Source: Nocardioides sp. (GTDB taxonomy: Bacteria > Actinomycetota > Actinomycetes > Propionibacteriales > Nocardioidaceae). Taken from it: 64,000 nt of DNA. The position numbers were made by a program, and so were the translations under genes. The notes under the pieces are model-generated. The model was not told the origin of the DNA. It did no database searches and was given only the letters and a program-made list of their open reading frames with translations. The stretch is taken from NCBI GenBank assembly GCA_039916425.1, contig JBDSLK010000180.1, forward strand, positions 2,383 to 66,382, read 5' to 3'. Positions 35,785 to 45,944 of the stretch are shown here, piece after piece. Each line of letters begins with the position of its first letter. Position 1 is the stretch's first letter.

Positions 35785-36561
35785 ATGACCGAGCCCCTGC
35801 TCGCGCTGCGTGGAGTCAACAAGAGCTTCGGCGTCGTGCATGTCCTGCACGACGTGGACTTCGCCGTCTACCCCGGCCAGGTCACCGCCTTGGTCGGTGA
35901 CAACGGCGCCGGCAAGTCGACGCTGGTCAAGGTCGTCGCCGGCATCTACGGCCGCGACAGCGGCGACTACCTCTTCGAGGGCAACCCCGTCCACGCGAAC
36001 GGTCCCAAGGAGATCGCCGATCTCGGTGTCGAGGTGGTCTACCAGGACCTAGCGCTGTGCGACAACCTCGACATCGTCCAGAACATGTTCCTCGGTCGCG
36101 AGGAGAAGCGCGGGCTCGCCCTCGACGAAGCGACCATGGAGGCCCGCGCCCGCGACACCCTGGGCTCCCTCTCGGTGCGCACGGTGACCTCCGTGCGCCA
36201 GCACGTGGCCAGCCTGTCCGGTGGTCAGCGCCAGACCGTGGCGATCGCCAAGGCCGTCTTGTGGAACAGCAAGATCGTGCTGCTCGACGAGCCCACGGCG
36301 GCCCTCGGCGTGGCCCAGACCCGCCAGGTCCTCGACCTCGTGCGTCGCCTCGCCGACCGCGGCCTCGGCGTCGTGCTCATCTCTCACAACCTCGGCGACG
36401 TGTTCGAGGTCGCCGACCGGATCACCGTGCTCTATCTCGGCCGGGTGGCGGCTGACGTCGCCACGAAGGACGTCACCACCAACCAGGTCGTCGAGCTGAT
36501 CACTGCTGGACGCTCCGGGAGTCTCGGCATCGCCGAGGACCCCGCGACCGCGACCGTCTGA
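35785..36561 (+). CDS. xylG: Sugar ABC transporter ATP-binding protein (single NBD)
   Basis: GDNGAGKST, LSGGQRQ, LLDEPTAALG, ISHN. Confidence 0.9.
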   Translation: MTEPLLALRGVNKSFGVVHVLHDVDFAVYPGQVTALVGDNGAGKSTLVKVVAGIYGRDSGDYLFEGNPVHANGPKEIADLGVEVVYQDLALCDNLDIVQNMFLGREEKRGLALDEATMEARARDTLGSLSVRTVTSVRQHVASLSGGQRQTVAIAKAVLWNSKIVLLDEPTAALGVAQTRQVLDLVRRLADRGLGVVLISHNLGDVFEVADRITVLYLGRVAADVATKDVTTNQVVELITAGRSGSLGIAEDPATATV

Positions 36562-36572
36562 AGGGACACATC

Positions 36573-37844
36573 ATGACCGTCGAGATGGACAAGACTGCCG
36601 GATCCGGCAGCGGAGGCTTTGCGGCCGACGACCAGCGGACCAACACGATGGGCTCCGCGCTCACCGCCTACGTCAACCGCCTGCGTGGCGGTGACATGGG
36701 CTCGCTCCCGGCGATCCTTGGCCTGGTCATGCTCTACGTCGTGTTCGGCCTGGCCAGCGACAGCTTCCTCTCGTTGCTCAACCAGGCCAACCTCGTGACC
36801 CAGGCCGGCTCCATCTGCGTGCTGGCCATGGGCCTGGTCTTCGTGCTGCTCCTCGGCGAGATCGACCTGTCTGCAGGATTCACCGGTGGCGTCTCGGCTG
36901 CCTTCACGTCGCTGGCCATCGTCGACCACGGCCAGTCCTGGTGGGTGGCGGTCCTGGTCGGTATGGTCGTCGGCTGTGCGATCGGCTTCGTGATCGGCCT
37001 CCTCGTCGCTTATCTCGGCGTCCCGTCGTTCGTGGTCTCGCTGGCGTTCTTCCTGGCCCTGCAAGGCGTGAGCCTCAAGCTCATCGGCGCCGGCGGATCG
37101 GTGCCCGTCCGTGATGAGGTGATCCGCGGGCTCGCGATCAAGAACGTGCCTCCGGTCGCGGGCTGGATCGGCGCCGTCGTCGTCGTCGCGATCTTCGCCG
37201 GGCTCTCGCTGATGCGGCACCGCACCCAGACCGCCCAGGACCTGCAGCGCCCGCCGTTCAGCCTGGTGCTGGTGCGGATCGCCGCCTTCGCCGTGATCGC
37301 CCTCGGTCTGGTCGCGCTGCTGAACCGCAATCGCAGCCTCAACCCCAACTTCCCGATCCAGGGCATCCCGTGGGTCCTGCCCGTCGTGGTGGTGCTCCTC
37401 CTGCTCTGGACCTTCGTGCTGGGACGCACGGCCTACGGCCGCCACCTGTACGCCGTCGGCGGCAACGCCGAGGCCGCCCGTCGGGCCGGCGTCGACGTGC
37501 GTCGCATGAAGGTCTCCGCCTTCATGATCTGCTCGACGATGGCCGCGATCAGCGGCGTGCTCGCGGCGTCGTACAGCGGCAAGGTCTCGCCGTCGTCGGG
37601 CGGTGGCAACGTGCTGCTCTACGCCGTGGGGGCCGCGGTCATCGGCGGCACCAGCCTCTTCGGCGGCCGCGGCCGCGCGCTCGACGCCGTGATCGGCGGG
37701 GTCGTGATCGCGACCATCGCCAACGGTCTCGGACTCCTCAACCAGGCGAGCTACATCAACTACCTGGTCACCGGTGGGGTGCTCCTCCTCGCTGCGAGCG
37801 TCGACGCCATCTCGCGGCGTCGGCGGTCCGCTGCCGGCGTCTAG
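36573..37844 (+). CDS. xylH: Sugar ABC transporter permease
   Basis: GEIDLSAG, YAVGGNAEAARRAGV, AAVIGGTSLFGGRG. Confidence 0.9.
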   Translation: MTVEMDKTAGSGSGGFAADDQRTNTMGSALTAYVNRLRGGDMGSLPAILGLVMLYVVFGLASDSFLSLLNQANLVTQAGSICVLAMGLVFVLLLGEIDLSAGFTGGVSAAFTSLAIVDHGQSWWVAVLVGMVVGCAIGFVIGLLVAYLGVPSFVVSLAFFLALQGVSLKLIGAGGSVPVRDEVIRGLAIKNVPPVAGWIGAVVVVAIFAGLSLMRHRTQTAQDLQRPPFSLVLVRIAAFAVIALGLVALLNRNRSLNPNFPIQGIPWVLPVVVVLLLLWTFVLGRTAYGRHLYAVGGNAEAARRAGVDVRRMKVSAFMICSTMAAISGVLAASYSGKVSPSSGGGNVLLYAVGAAVIGGTSLFGGRGRALDAVIGGVVIATIANGLGLLNQASYINYLVTGGVLLLAASVDAISRRRRSAAGV

Positions 37845-37854
37845 TCATCTCGGG

Positions 37855-39081
37855 ATGAGTCAGCAGAGGACGGCCGGGCTCGGGACCAACCAGGAGGCCG
37901 TACGACGGCACAACCTCGGGACCCTGCTGCGCCACGTCCACGGCGCCGGCCAGCTCTCCCGCGCCGAGCTGACGACCGCGATGGGCCTGAACCGCAGCAC
38001 GATCGCCGGCCTGGTCGCCGAGCTCGGCGTCCTCGGGGTGACCCGGCGGGCCGTGCCTGCCAGTTCGCGCACGGGCGCGGGCCGGCCCTCGGCCGGGGTC
38101 AGCCTCGCGCACGACGGGCCCTACGTGATCGCCGTCGACCTCGGCGTCGACCGGGCCGTCGTGGCCGCAGTCGCCCTGGGCGGCGACGTCCTCCGACGGG
38201 CGCAGGCGCCGGTCGACGACGGCGGTGAGGCCTGGCAGGTGGGTGCTGCCGTGGCCGGGCTGATCCGTCAGGTCGTCACGGACGTGCCCGCCTCCTCGCC
38301 CCTGGTGGGCATCGGCATCAGCGTGCCCGGCCTGGTCCGGCGCGGCGACGGGCTGATCCGGATGGCCCCCAACCTGGAGTGGACCGACGTGTCGTTCGGG
38401 GGCATCGTGCTCGCGGCCCTCGGGTTGGACATCCCGGTCTCGTTGGCCAACGACGCCAACCTCGGTGCGCTGGCCGAGCACCGCCGGGGGGCGGGCGTCG
38501 GCATCGACGACCTCATCTACATCTCCGGCAACGTCGGCGTCGGTGCCGGCGTCATCGTGGGCGGCGTCCAGCTCGAGGGGGTGGGCGGCTACGCCGGCGA
38601 GATGGGGCACATCAGCTTCAACCCCAACGGACTGCCCTGCCACTGCGGCAACATCGGGTGCTGGGAGACCGAGGTGGGGGCGTACGCCATCGCCGACGCC
38701 ATCTCCTCACCCGAGTCCGGGGCCATCCAGCTGGGTGAGGTCCTCGAGGCCTTCGCCGAGGCGCCGGCGGCGCTACGTCCGGCGGGTACGGCGCTGGGTT
38801 ACGGCCTGGCCAACATCGTCAACGCGTTCAACCCGCAGATGGTGGTGCTCGGGGGGCACCTGGGCTCGCTGTACACCCTGGTGCGCGCCCAGGTCGACGC
38901 CGGCCTGGCCGCGCGCGCCCTGCCCGCTGCCCTGGAGTCCGTCACCGTCTGCCTGCCCGGCCTCGGTGCGGACTCGGTGCTCCTCGGGGCGGCCGAGATC
39001 GCCTTCGAGCCCCTCTTCGTCGACCCGGTCGCTGCCCTCAGCGGGGCGCTCGTCGACGTGGGCTCGCGCCTCGCCGGATGA
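37855..39081 (+). CDS. ROK family transcriptional regulator (Rok7B7-like context)
   Basis: N-terminal HTH (SRAELTTAMGLNRSTI), ANDANLGALAE, GYAGEMGH, CHCGNIGCWE. Confidence 0.92.
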   Translation: MSQQRTAGLGTNQEAVRRHNLGTLLRHVHGAGQLSRAELTTAMGLNRSTIAGLVAELGVLGVTRRAVPASSRTGAGRPSAGVSLAHDGPYVIAVDLGVDRAVVAAVALGGDVLRRAQAPVDDGGEAWQVGAAVAGLIRQVVTDVPASSPLVGIGISVPGLVRRGDGLIRMAPNLEWTDVSFGGIVLAALGLDIPVSLANDANLGALAEHRRGAGVGIDDLIYISGNVGVGAGVIVGGVQLEGVGGYAGEMGHISFNPNGLPCHCGNIGCWETEVGAYAIADAISSPESGAIQLGEVLEAFAEAPAALRPAGTALGYGLANIVNAFNPQMVVLGGHLGSLYTLVRAQVDAGLAARALPAALESVTVCLPGLGADSVLLGAAEIAFEPLFVDPVAALSGALVDVGSRLAG

Positions 39082-39085
39082 GAGC

Positions 39086-40501
39086 TCAGCTCGCCGGCAG
39101 CCGCTCGAGGTAGGCCGTGCGGGCCGCGGCGTAGCGCTCGCGGACGGCCGGCACCGGCTCGGCGGCGTACGCCGCGGTGCCCGGCGCCGGCCACGCCGGT
39201 GGGGTCTTGCCGCCGGTCAGCGCCCAGGCGGCCTGCCGGGCGGCGCCCAGCGCGACCGCCTCGACGGCCGGCGGCACCAGCACCTCGCAACCCAGGACCG
39301 ACGGCGCGATGACCCGCACGGCCTCCGACCGTGCACCGCCGCCGACCAGCAGGACCCGGCGGACCGGGACACCGAGGGCGCGCAGCGCGTCGAGGCCGTC
39401 GGCGAGTCCGCAGAGGACACCCTCGATGCCAGCGCGGGCGAGGTGGGCCGGGGTCGAGGTGCCCAGGGTGAGGCCGTGCACCGCCCCGGTGGCCAGGGGC
39501 AGGTCGGGGGTGCGCTCGCCCTCCAGGTAGGGCACCACCACCAGACCGCCGGCGCCCGGGGGCGCCTGGAGGGCGAGGTCGGAGAGCTCGGCATGGTCCA
39601 CCCCGAGCAGGCCGGCCACCGCGTCGAGGACGCGGGCCGCGTTGAGCGTGCAGACCAGCGGGAGGTAGCGCCCGGTGGCGTCGGCGAAACCGGCGACCGC
39701 CCCGGTGGGGTCGGCCGTGGGCCGGTCGGAGACCACGCTGGCGACGCCCGAGGTGCCGATGCTGAGGACGACGTCGCCTACCTCGGCGCCGAGTCCGAGG
39801 GCGGCCGCCATGTTGTCGCCGGTGCCGGCTCCCAGGAGGGCGCCGTCTGCCGGGCCGGTGGCGCGACCGGGGGAGCCGGCCGGGCCGAGGACGCGTGGCA
39901 GCACCGCATCGTGGCCGAGCGCGAGCGCGAGGAGGTCGCGGCGGTAGGTGTCGCTCGTGGGGTCGAACCAGCCCGTGCCGCTGGCGTCACCGCGGTCGGT
40001 GGTCAGGGCGTCGAGACCACGGGCACCGGCCAGGCGCCAGGTCAACCAGTCGTGGGGAAGACACACCGCGGCCGTGCGGGCCGCGGCGTCCGGCTCGTGG
40101 TCGGCCATCCACCGCGCTTTGGTCACGGTGAACGACGCCACGGGCACCACACCCGTCGCGTCCGCCCACGCCTGCGGACCGCCGAGCTCCGCGACCAGGT
40201 CGGTCGCCTGGGGAGCCGAGCGGGTGTCGTTCCACAGCAGCGCGGGCCGGACCACCTCGCCGCGCTCGTCGAGCGCGACGAACCCGTGCTGCTGGCCGCC
40301 GACCGCCAGGGCCGCGACGCCGTCGAGACCGCCGGCCTCCCGAGCGGCCACGTGCAGGGCGGACTCCCAGGCGTGCGGGTCCACCTCGGTCCCCTCCGGG
40401 TGCGGAGCCCGGCCGGTCCGGACGACCTCGCCGCTGTCGGCGTCCACCACCACGACCGTGCACGACTGGGTCGAGGAGTCGACCCCGGCCACCAGCGTCA
40501 T
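39086..40501 (-). CDS. xylB: Xylulokinase
   Basis: [53 protein letters not shown]. Confidence 0.95.
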   Translation of the reverse strand: MTLVAGVDSSTQSCTVVVVDADSGEVVRTGRAPHPEGTEVDPHAWESALHVAAREAGGLDGVAALAVGGQQHGFVALDERGEVVRPALLWNDTRSAPQATDLVAELGGPQAWADATGVVPVASFTVTKARWMADHEPDAAARTAAVCLPHDWLTWRLAGARGLDALTTDRGDASGTGWFDPTSDTYRRDLLALALGHDAVLPRVLGPAGSPGRATGPADGALLGAGTGDNMAAALGLGAEVGDVVLSIGTSGVASVVSDRPTADPTGAVAGFADATGRYLPLVCTLNAARVLDAVAGLLGVDHAELSDLALQAPPGAGGLVVVPYLEGERTPDLPLATGAVHGLTLGTSTPAHLARAGIEGVLCGLADGLDALRALGVPVRRVLLVGGGARSEAVRVIAPSVLGCEVLVPPAVEAVALGAARQAAWALTGGKTPPAWPAPGTAAYAAEPVPAVRERYAAARTAYLERLPAS

Positions 40502-40515
40502 CGTCGGGGCCGGGA

Positions 40516-41691
40516 TCAGCGCGCGCCGAGGAGGTGCTCCACGGCGAGCTGCTCGAGCCGCACCGCCCCCACCCCGCGGGCACCGGGAGCCACGACGTCG
40601 TACTCCTCGAACGCGGAGCGGTCGGCCAGCAGCTCGCGCCACGTCTCGCCGTCGCCGAGCGTGGGGGTCGACAGCGTCGCGACCTGCGCGGTCGCCAGTG
40701 CCTCGACCACGTCGGGGTCGGCCCGGAACGCTGCCGCGCGCTCCTTGAGCAGGAGGTAGGTGCGCATGTTGGCCGCGGCGCTGTCCCAGACTCCGTGGAT
40801 GTCCTCGGTGCGCAGGGGCTTGAAGTCGAAGTGGCGGGGGCCGTCGTAGCCGCCGTTCTCCAGCAGGTCGACGAGGAAGAACGCGTTGAGCACGTCGCCG
40901 TGGCCGAAGACCAGGTCCTGGTCGTACTTGATGCCCCGCTGCCCGTTGAGGTCGATATGGAAGAGCTTGCCGTGCCACAGGGCCTGGGCGACGCCGTGCA
41001 CGAAGTTGAGACCGGCCATCTGCTCGTGCCCGACCTCGGGGTTCACCCCGACGCGGTCGGCGTGCTCGAGGGAGGAGATGAAGGCCAGGGCATGGCCCAC
41101 GGTCGGCAGCAGGATGTCGCCGCGCGGCTCGTTGGGCTTGGGCTCGAGGGCGAAGCGGATGTCGTAGCCCTGGTCGATCGTGTACTGCGCGAGGGTGTCG
41201 AGGCCTTCGCGGAAGCGGTCCAGCGCGGCCCGCACGTCCTTCGTCGCCTCGGTCTCCGACCCCTCCCGTCCGCCCCAGAAGACGTAGGTCTGCGCGCCGA
41301 GCTCGGCGGCGAGGTCGATGTTGCGCATCACCTTGCGCATCGCATAGCGCCGCACGCCACGGTCGTTGGCGGTCAGGCCGCCCTCCTTGAAGACCGGCTG
41401 GCTGAAGAGATTGGTGGTGGCCATCGGCACGACCATGCCGGTCTCGTCGAGGGCCTTGCGGAAGGCGGTGATCCGGCGGTCACGCTCGGCGTCGTCGCTG
41501 CCGAACGGGATCAGGTCGTCGTCGTGGAACGTGACGCCCCAGGCGCCGAGCTCGGCCAGTCGGTGCACCGCCTCGACGGCGTCGAGGTCAGGGCGGGTCG
41601 GCTCGCCGAAGGGGTCGCGTGCGGTCCAGCCGACGGTCCAAAGGCCGAAGGTGAAGCGGTCGTCGCTCGTGGGGGTGAGGCTGTCAGTCAC
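40516..41691 (-). CDS. xylA: Xylose isomerase (Streptomyces/Actinoplanes type)
   Basis: [60 protein letters not shown]. Confidence 0.97.
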   Translation of the reverse strand: MTDSLTPTSDDRFTFGLWTVGWTARDPFGEPTRPDLDAVEAVHRLAELGAWGVTFHDDDLIPFGSDDAERDRRITAFRKALDETGMVVPMATTNLFSQPVFKEGGLTANDRGVRRYAMRKVMRNIDLAAELGAQTYVFWGGREGSETEATKDVRAALDRFREGLDTLAQYTIDQGYDIRFALEPKPNEPRGDILLPTVGHALAFISSLEHADRVGVNPEVGHEQMAGLNFVHGVAQALWHGKLFHIDLNGQRGIKYDQDLVFGHGDVLNAFFLVDLLENGGYDGPRHFDFKPLRTEDIHGVWDSAAANMRTYLLLKERAAAFRADPDVVEALATAQVATLSTPTLGDGETWRELLADRSAFEEYDVVAPGARGVGAVRLEQLAVEHLLGAR

Positions 41692-41715
41692 GGGGGTTCC
41701 TCCCGGTCGTTCTGG

Positions 41716-41744
41716 CGAATTAGTCCATGACATGGACTAATTCG
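41716..41744. promoter_or_regulatory. Perfect palindromic XylR operator between xylA and its divergent ROK regulator
   Basis: CGAATTAGTCCATG-A-CATGGACTAATTCG (14-bp arms). Confidence 0.85.
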
Positions 41745-41762
41745 TAACGTACGCTGCCGCTC

Positions 41763-42956
41763 GTGGGTGGTCAAGAGGCGAGCGCGCTCCGCCGGGCCAA
41801 CACCCGCGTCGTCGTGGAGCAGCTGCGGGAGGGGGGCGCGACCTCGCGCGCCGGCCTCGCCCGCGACACCGGGCTGGCCAAGCAGACCGTCTCCACGATC
41901 GTGGCGGCGCTGCTGACGGACGGCGTGGTCCGCGAGCTCGGGAGTGTCCGGGCGGAGTCGGGCGGAGGCCGGCCCGCCGTCCTCGTCGCGTACGCCGCGG
42001 ACCGGGCCTTCGTCGCCGCCCTCGAGCTCGGCGTCGGGCGCACCCGGCTGGTGATCGCGGACGCGCTCGGTGAGCCGGTGCAGACCCAGGAGGTGCCGCA
42101 CGAGCCCCATGCCGCTCGGCCCGCCGCCAAGGTCCTCGCCGACGTCGTCGCCCGTCTCGCGCAGGTGATGGAGGGGATCGGCGGGCTCGTGCTGCTGCGC
42201 GCCGTCGGCGTGAGCGTGACCGGACTGGTGCAGCCCACGAGCGGCAGGTGCGTGCTGGCGCCCAACCTCGGGTGGCGTGACGTCCCGGTCGCCGACCTGC
42301 TGCGCCGGGCGCTGGCCCGGCGGGGGTGCGACGTGCCCGTCGTGGTCCGGGGCGCTGCGCAGTCGTCCCTGATCGCCGAGCACCGCGAGGGCGCCGCGAC
42401 CGGGCAGCGGGACGTGGTCCTGCTGTTCGAGGACGAGGGCGTCGGGGCCGCGATCATCGAGGCCGGCCGGCTGCTCGACGGGGCCGACGGCACCGCCGGC
42501 GAGCTCGGCCACTGCGCCTGGCCAGGCGCCGACGCGCGTTGCGGCTGCGGTCGCCGGGGGTGCGTGGAGACGCTCGCCTCGGGGCCGGCAGTCCGGCGAG
42601 CCGTCGAGCGGGCCACCGGCCGGCGGGTCCGGCGTCGAGACGGGGAGCCGACGTACGCGGCGCTGGCCCGGCGGGACGACCCGGAGGTCGCGGAGGCTGC
42701 CGCAGAGGCGGGCCGGGTCCTCGGCACGGCCGCGTCCTGGCTCACCGCCGTGACGGCTCCCCGGATGGTCGTGCTGTCGGGCTCACTGGTGCTGGCGCCC
42801 GTCGCGCTGCGCACGGCGCTGGTCCAGGTGCTCTGCGACCGCTCCCTGGCCGATGCGCCCCCGTTGGTCGTGGCGGGCGTGCTCGGCGACGGGGCGGCGG
42901 TGCGAGGCGCGGTGCTCCTCGCCCTCGACGAGGCCCGACGGGTACGCCGGCTCTGA
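41763..42956 (+). CDS. xylR: ROK family xylose repressor XylR-like
   Basis: HTH (SRAGLARDTGLAKQTVS), GGRP, AGELGH, CGCGRRGCVET. Divergent from xylA. Confidence 0.85.
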   Translation: MGGQEASALRRANTRVVVEQLREGGATSRAGLARDTGLAKQTVSTIVAALLTDGVVRELGSVRAESGGGRPAVLVAYAADRAFVAALELGVGRTRLVIADALGEPVQTQEVPHEPHAARPAAKVLADVVARLAQVMEGIGGLVLLRAVGVSVTGLVQPTSGRCVLAPNLGWRDVPVADLLRRALARRGCDVPVVVRGAAQSSLIAEHREGAATGQRDVVLLFEDEGVGAAIIEAGRLLDGADGTAGELGHCAWPGADARCGCGRRGCVETLASGPAVRRAVERATGRRVRRRDGEPTYAALARRDDPEVAEAAAEAGRVLGTAASWLTAVTAPRMVVLSGSLVLAPVALRTALVQVLCDRSLADAPPLVVAGVLGDGAAVRGAVLLALDEARRVRRL

Positions 42957-42960
42957 CGCC

Positions 42961-43001
42961 CTCCGACCGCCGCTCCGACCGCCGCTCCGACCGCCGCTCC
43001 G
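42961..43001. repeat. 12-bp tandem repeat (CTCCGACCGCCG) x3.4
   Basis: Read directly between two convergent stops. Confidence 0.9.
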
Positions 43002-43026
43002 GCGCGGGGAGGGTGGGGAGGGGCGC

Positions 43027-44253
43027 TCAGGGCAGCAGCGTGGGCGTCCGGCGGAGCAGGAGCGCGAGCCCGAGCGTGACCGCGGTCAGCAGAGTGGTCA
43101 GCGTGACCACGCCCGGCCACCCGGCCAGGGTCCACGCCCGGCCGGCGACGCTGCCGAACACCGAGGAGCCGAGGTAGTAGGCGAACAGGTAGAGCGAGGC
43201 CGCCTGCCCGGTCGCCACGCCGCCGGCGTGCGCCCGGGCCGGGACCCAGCCGCTGGCGACCCCGTGGACGGCGAAGAACCCGATCGTCACCACGGCCAGC
43301 CCGAGCACCACGAGGAGCAGGGACGAGGGGAGCGTGAGCAGGAGGCCCAGCAGCACGATGAGGCAGCCGACCGGCAGGACCGTCCGTCGGCCGCGGGCGT
43401 CGGCCAGCCGTCCGAAGACCACGGAGCTGACGCTGCCGAGCGGGTAGACCAGGAAGACGAGACTGGCGGTACCCAAGCCCAGGTCGAACGGCGCGCCGGC
43501 GAGGCGGAAGCCAAGGGTGTTGAAGAGAGCGACGAGCACGCCGATCGAGCAGGCGCCGATGCCATAGAGAGCGAGCAGGGCCGGGTCCGACACGGCCCGC
43601 CGGCTCATCCGGGCCAGGGCGCGGAAGCCTGCCGGCGCCGGCACGAAGCGCCGGGAGGGCGGCAGCAGCAGACCGACGACGACGGTGCAGACCAGCCCGA
43701 CCACGGCGACCGACGCCAGCGCCCACCGCCAGCCGAACGGCTCCCCCACGGCGCCGGTCACCAGCCTCCCCGCCATGCCACCGAGCGCCGTGCCGCCGAC
43801 GTACAGGCCGACGGCACGGCTGTGCGTGCGCGGGTGCAGCTCCTCGCGGAGGTACGCCGTCGCCACGGCCGGCAGCCCGGCCAGGGTGACGCCCTCGAGC
43901 AACCGCAGGGCGAGGAACGTCGGCCAGGTCGGCGCCAGGGCACACGCGCCCGCGACGAGGACCGACGAGCTGAGCGAGAGGTGGATAAGCCACGTCCGGC
44001 CGACCACGTCGGAGAGAGGACCCGCCACCAGCAGGGCGACTCCGAGCCCGAGCGTGGTCAGGGAGAGGGACAGCGTGCTCGCGGCGGTGCTCACGCCGAA
44101 CTGGTCGGCGAGCTCGGGGAGGAGCGCCTGGGTGCTGTAGAGCAGGGCGAAGGTTGCCACCCCCGCCGCGAAGAGTGCGATCGAGATCCTCCGGTGCTCG
44201 CGGGAGCCGGGGCGGTGACCGGCCTCCGACCGGGTCCCGGCCGGGGCGCTCAC
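43027..44253 (-). CDS. MFS transporter (YnfM-like)
   Basis: FAAGVATFALLYSTQALLP, GPLSDVVGR, AYLREE, GLYVGG, ASLYLFAYYLGSS. Confidence 0.9.
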   Translation of the reverse strand: MSAPAGTRSEAGHRPGSREHRRISIALFAAGVATFALLYSTQALLPELADQFGVSTAASTLSLSLTTLGLGVALLVAGPLSDVVGRTWLIHLSLSSSVLVAGACALAPTWPTFLALRLLEGVTLAGLPAVATAYLREELHPRTHSRAVGLYVGGTALGGMAGRLVTGAVGEPFGWRWALASVAVVGLVCTVVVGLLLPPSRRFVPAPAGFRALARMSRRAVSDPALLALYGIGACSIGVLVALFNTLGFRLAGAPFDLGLGTASLVFLVYPLGSVSSVVFGRLADARGRRTVLPVGCLIVLLGLLLTLPSSLLLVVLGLAVVTIGFFAVHGVASGWVPARAHAGGVATGQAASLYLFAYYLGSSVFGSVAGRAWTLAGWPGVVTLTTLLTAVTLGLALLLRRTPTLLP

Positions 44254-44378
44254 CGGACCGTGGTGAGCGCAGGCAGCACCCGACGGGTCGCGGCGGCACC
44301 AGCGAGCACGGTCACGAGCACGGGGTCTCCTCGCAGGGTGGTGTCGGGCCAGGCCATTGTCGCGCCACACTGGTGGAC

Positions 44379-44690
44379 ATGCGCACTGGCCTCACCGTGA
44401 CCCGCAACGAGACTGACGACCGGTACGAGATCCACGAGGGCGACACACTGCTCGGCTTCGCGGCCTATCAGCTCACGCCGACCCTGGCCGTCCTCACCCA
44501 TACCGAGGTGTTCCCCGGTTCCGAGGGCAGGGGAGTCGGCAGCACCCTGGTCCGGGGAGCGCTCGACGACGTGCGCGAGCGCGGACTGTCGGTGCTGCCG
44601 ATCTGCTCGTTCGTGCAGGCATTCCTGGGGCGGCACCCCGACTACGCCGACCTGGACTACCGGGCGACGCAGTCCAGTGTGGAGGACTGA
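44379..44690 (+). CDS. GNAT family N-acetyltransferase (YjdJ-like)
   Basis: RYEI, THTEV, GRGVGSTLV, PICSFV. Confidence 0.88.
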   Translation: MRTGLTVTRNETDDRYEIHEGDTLLGFAAYQLTPTLAVLTHTEVFPGSEGRGVGSTLVRGALDDVRERGLSVLPICSFVQAFLGRHPDYADLDYRATQSSVED

Positions 44691-44736
44691 CACCTCCGCG
44701 CAGCTGGGGCACCTCGGGTGAGGGACTGCCTGGAGG

Positions 44737-45792
44737 TCAGTGCTTGATGACCACCTTCAGCGCCTTGGTCTCGGCGGCCCGGCCGAAGGTGTCGTAGGCG
44801 TCCAGCATCTCGTCGAAGGTGAACGCGTGGGTCGCGAAGTCCTCGGCCGCGAGCTTGTGCTGCGCCACCAGCGCCAGCAGCATCGGCGTCGTCGAGGTGC
44901 TGACCAGGCCCATCGTGATCGACAGGTCCTTGATCCAGAGGTCCTGGAGGGCGAGCTCGACAGGTGCGCCGTGCACGCCGACGTTGGCCACCGAGCCTCC
45001 GGGGCGCACGATCCGGGTGCAGGCGGTGAAGGTGTCGGGAACGCCGACGGCCTCGATCGCCACGTCCACCCCGAGCCCGTCGGTCAGCGCCAACACCTGC
45101 TCGACCCAGTCCGGGTCGCCGCTGTCGACGGTGTCGGTCGCGCCGAAGCGCCGCGCCTGCTCGAGGCGGCCTGCGTCGAGGTCCAGGGCGATGATGCGCG
45201 CGGCGCCGTACAGCCCGGCCGTCATCATCGCCGCGAGCCCGACGGGGCCGGAGCCGACCACGGCGACGACGTCGCCGGGCTTGACCCGCCCGTAGCGGAC
45301 GCCGATCTCGAAGCCGGTGGGCAGGATGTCGGACAACATCACGGCGGCCTCGTCGGTGACGTCGTCCGGCAGCTTGTAGACGGAGTTGTCGGCGAACGGG
45401 ACCCGGACCAGCTCGGCCTGCGTGCCGTCGATGAGGTGACCGAAGATCCAACCGATTCCGCTCGCACCCTCGTCGGCCAGGCAGTGGGCGTAGAGGCCCT
45501 GGTGGCAGTAGGAGCAGCTCCCGCAGGAGCTGATGCACGAGAGCAGCACCCGGTCGCCCACCTCGACGGTGGCGACGGCTGCCCCGATCTCGGTAACGAC
45601 GCCGACACCCTCGTGCCCGAGGATGCGTCCTTCCGTGACGGCGGGGACGTCCCCCTTGAGGATGTGGAGATCGGTGCCGCAGATCGTGGTGGTGCTGATC
45701 TTGACGATGATGTCGGTGGGCTTGAGGATGACAGGGTCCGGCACCTCCTCCCACGCCTTCTGGCCGGGTCCGTGATACACGAGTGCCAACAT
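44737..45792 (-). CDS. Zinc-dependent alcohol dehydrogenase family
   Basis: TICGTDLH, GHEG, CGSCSYC..C, SDILPTG, GSGPVG. Confidence 0.95.
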   Translation of the reverse strand: MLALVYHGPGQKAWEEVPDPVILKPTDIIVKISTTTICGTDLHILKGDVPAVTEGRILGHEGVGVVTEIGAAVATVEVGDRVLLSCISSCGSCSYCHQGLYAHCLADEGASGIGWIFGHLIDGTQAELVRVPFADNSVYKLPDDVTDEAAVMLSDILPTGFEIGVRYGRVKPGDVVAVVGSGPVGLAAMMTAGLYGAARIIALDLDAGRLEQARRFGATDTVDSGDPDWVEQVLALTDGLGVDVAIEAVGVPDTFTACTRIVRPGGSVANVGVHGAPVELALQDLWIKDLSITMGLVSTSTTPMLLALVAQHKLAAEDFATHAFTFDEMLDAYDTFGRAAETKALKVVIKH

Positions 45793-45883
45793 GTCGGTGC
45801 TCCTTCCGGGCGCCCTGGGACCAGGGTCGCCCTGTCGTTTTGCTCCTGCCATCGACCCTGCCCCGGCGGCGGCTCGGTGAGAA

Positions 45884-45897
45884 GTGCGAAAGGTCCC
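45884..45897. promoter_or_regulatory. DosR-box-like site upstream of adh (a second candidate lies at 45817-45830)
   Basis: Minus strand GGGACCTTTCGCAC; plus strand GGGACCAGGGTCGC at 45817. Confidence 0.5.
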
Positions 45898-45944
45898 GTG
45901 CCTCCGGGCAGCCCGTCCCGGGCCGGTGACGAGCGGGTGGCAGC

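Noticed and set aside
42961-43001. CRISPR array (also considered for 18610-18642 and 16123-16148)
   Set aside because: Short head-to-tail repeats without spacers, and no cas genes in the window.
38465-44400. Very long antisense or alternate-frame ORFs (e.g. 38465..40759 +, 41771..44299 -, 42853..44400 +)
   Set aside because: Shadow ORFs typical of high-GC DNA, lying over well-supported genes. The same applies to most other overlapping ORFs in the track.
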